From Candidatus Saccharimonadota bacterium (GTDB lineage Bacteria; Pseudomonadota; Gammaproteobacteria; Johnevansiales; Johnevansiaceae), in assembly GCF_000300075.1 (NCBI RefSeq), contig NC_018677.1, forward strand, positions 120,001-152,000: a DNA stretch of 32,000 nt, read 5' to 3'. A program made the translations under genes and the position numbers. This document shows positions 31,589 through 32,000 of the stretch, one piece after another (position 1 is the stretch's first letter; each line of letters starts with the position of its first letter). Below the pieces are notes generated by a model. It saw nothing but the letters and a program-made list of their open reading frames with translations, searched no databases and was not told the DNA's origin.

Positions 31589-31885
31589 TACACTTCTTTG
31601 CAATTTACATCAATTAAAAGTTACTGTCTTGATTATTGTAGTTATGTTTGTTAAATAAAAAAATGTTGTATAAAGTGTAAAAGGCTCTTATAAAAGTTTG
31701 TTAAGTTAAATTAAGTCATGTTGAATTTATATAATATATTAATTATTAAAAATTAATGGATTTTTAAGTTACTAGATGGTTCATTTCTATATTTTTTTTG
31801 TTAGATAATTTTCGTTTTTATGCTGTTAGAGACTTTGTGTTAGTTGTGATTTTTATGTTGTTATTTATTAAAATCTGTTTTAAAT

Positions 31886-32000
31886 TTTAGAGTTTTGAGT
31901 TTAGAGGTTTGTTTTAAAGCTTTTAGAGGTTAGTTTTTAAAAGATAAAAGATTAAAGATTAAAGATTTTAGAGTTTGTAGTTTGTAGTTAGAGGTTAGAG
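31886..32000. repeat. Heptad arrays, (AAAGATT)x3 at 31947-31967 and (AGTTTGT)x2.5; includes a 34/35-nt copy of 5787-5821 at 31955-31989
   Basis: aagattaaagattttagagtttgtagtttgtagtt (31955-31989) versus aagattaaagcttttagagtttgtagtttgtagtt (5787-5821): a single mismatch. The window ends inside a GGTTAGA-type array. Confidence 0.88.

Overview
This window is a strongly AT-rich piece of a highly reduced gammaproteobacterial, insect-endosymbiont-type chromosome. Gene content, gene order and the repeat-filled spacers fit a Candidatus Portiera aleyrodidarum-like whitefly symbiont best; that identification is from memory and is not verified.

Genes, left to right:
- 3' ~740 nt of 16S rRNA, tRNA-Ile(GAT), 23S and 5S rRNA
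- gltX-sucA-sucB-lpdA
- rpsF-rpsR-rplI-dnaB
- tsaD on the minus strand, divergent from rpsU
- rpoD-cyoABCDE-tRNA-Tyr
- rpsO-pnp

I see no defence system, mobile element, CRISPR array or novel protein-coding cassette.

The unusual part is the non-coding DNA. Inside operons the genes are packed tightly, from 11-nt overlaps to about 30-nt gaps. Between operons lie six gene-free spacers of about 4.0, 1.8, 0.75, 0.55, 1.4 and more than 0.4 kb, roughly 28% of the window. Five of the six consist largely of short tandem repeats with a dominant 7-nt period, plus a few longer units of 24, 35, 37 and 39 nt.

These spacers show extreme strand asymmetry: they are either G+T-rich and almost C-free, or A+C-rich and almost G-free. 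They share a dispersed sequence module whose orientation tracks that polarity. The 4-kb spacer after the rRNA operon flips polarity near 6040-6150 and carries a perfect 31-bp inverted repeat 1.36 kb apart.

Other points:
- dnaG is absent from its conserved slot between rpsU and rpoD, and repeats occupy that slot.
- sucB has an intact lipoyl domain with no canonical start codon in frame, so an ATT or ATA start is likely.
- Several ORF-track starts are N-terminally over-extended and are corrected in the feature list.
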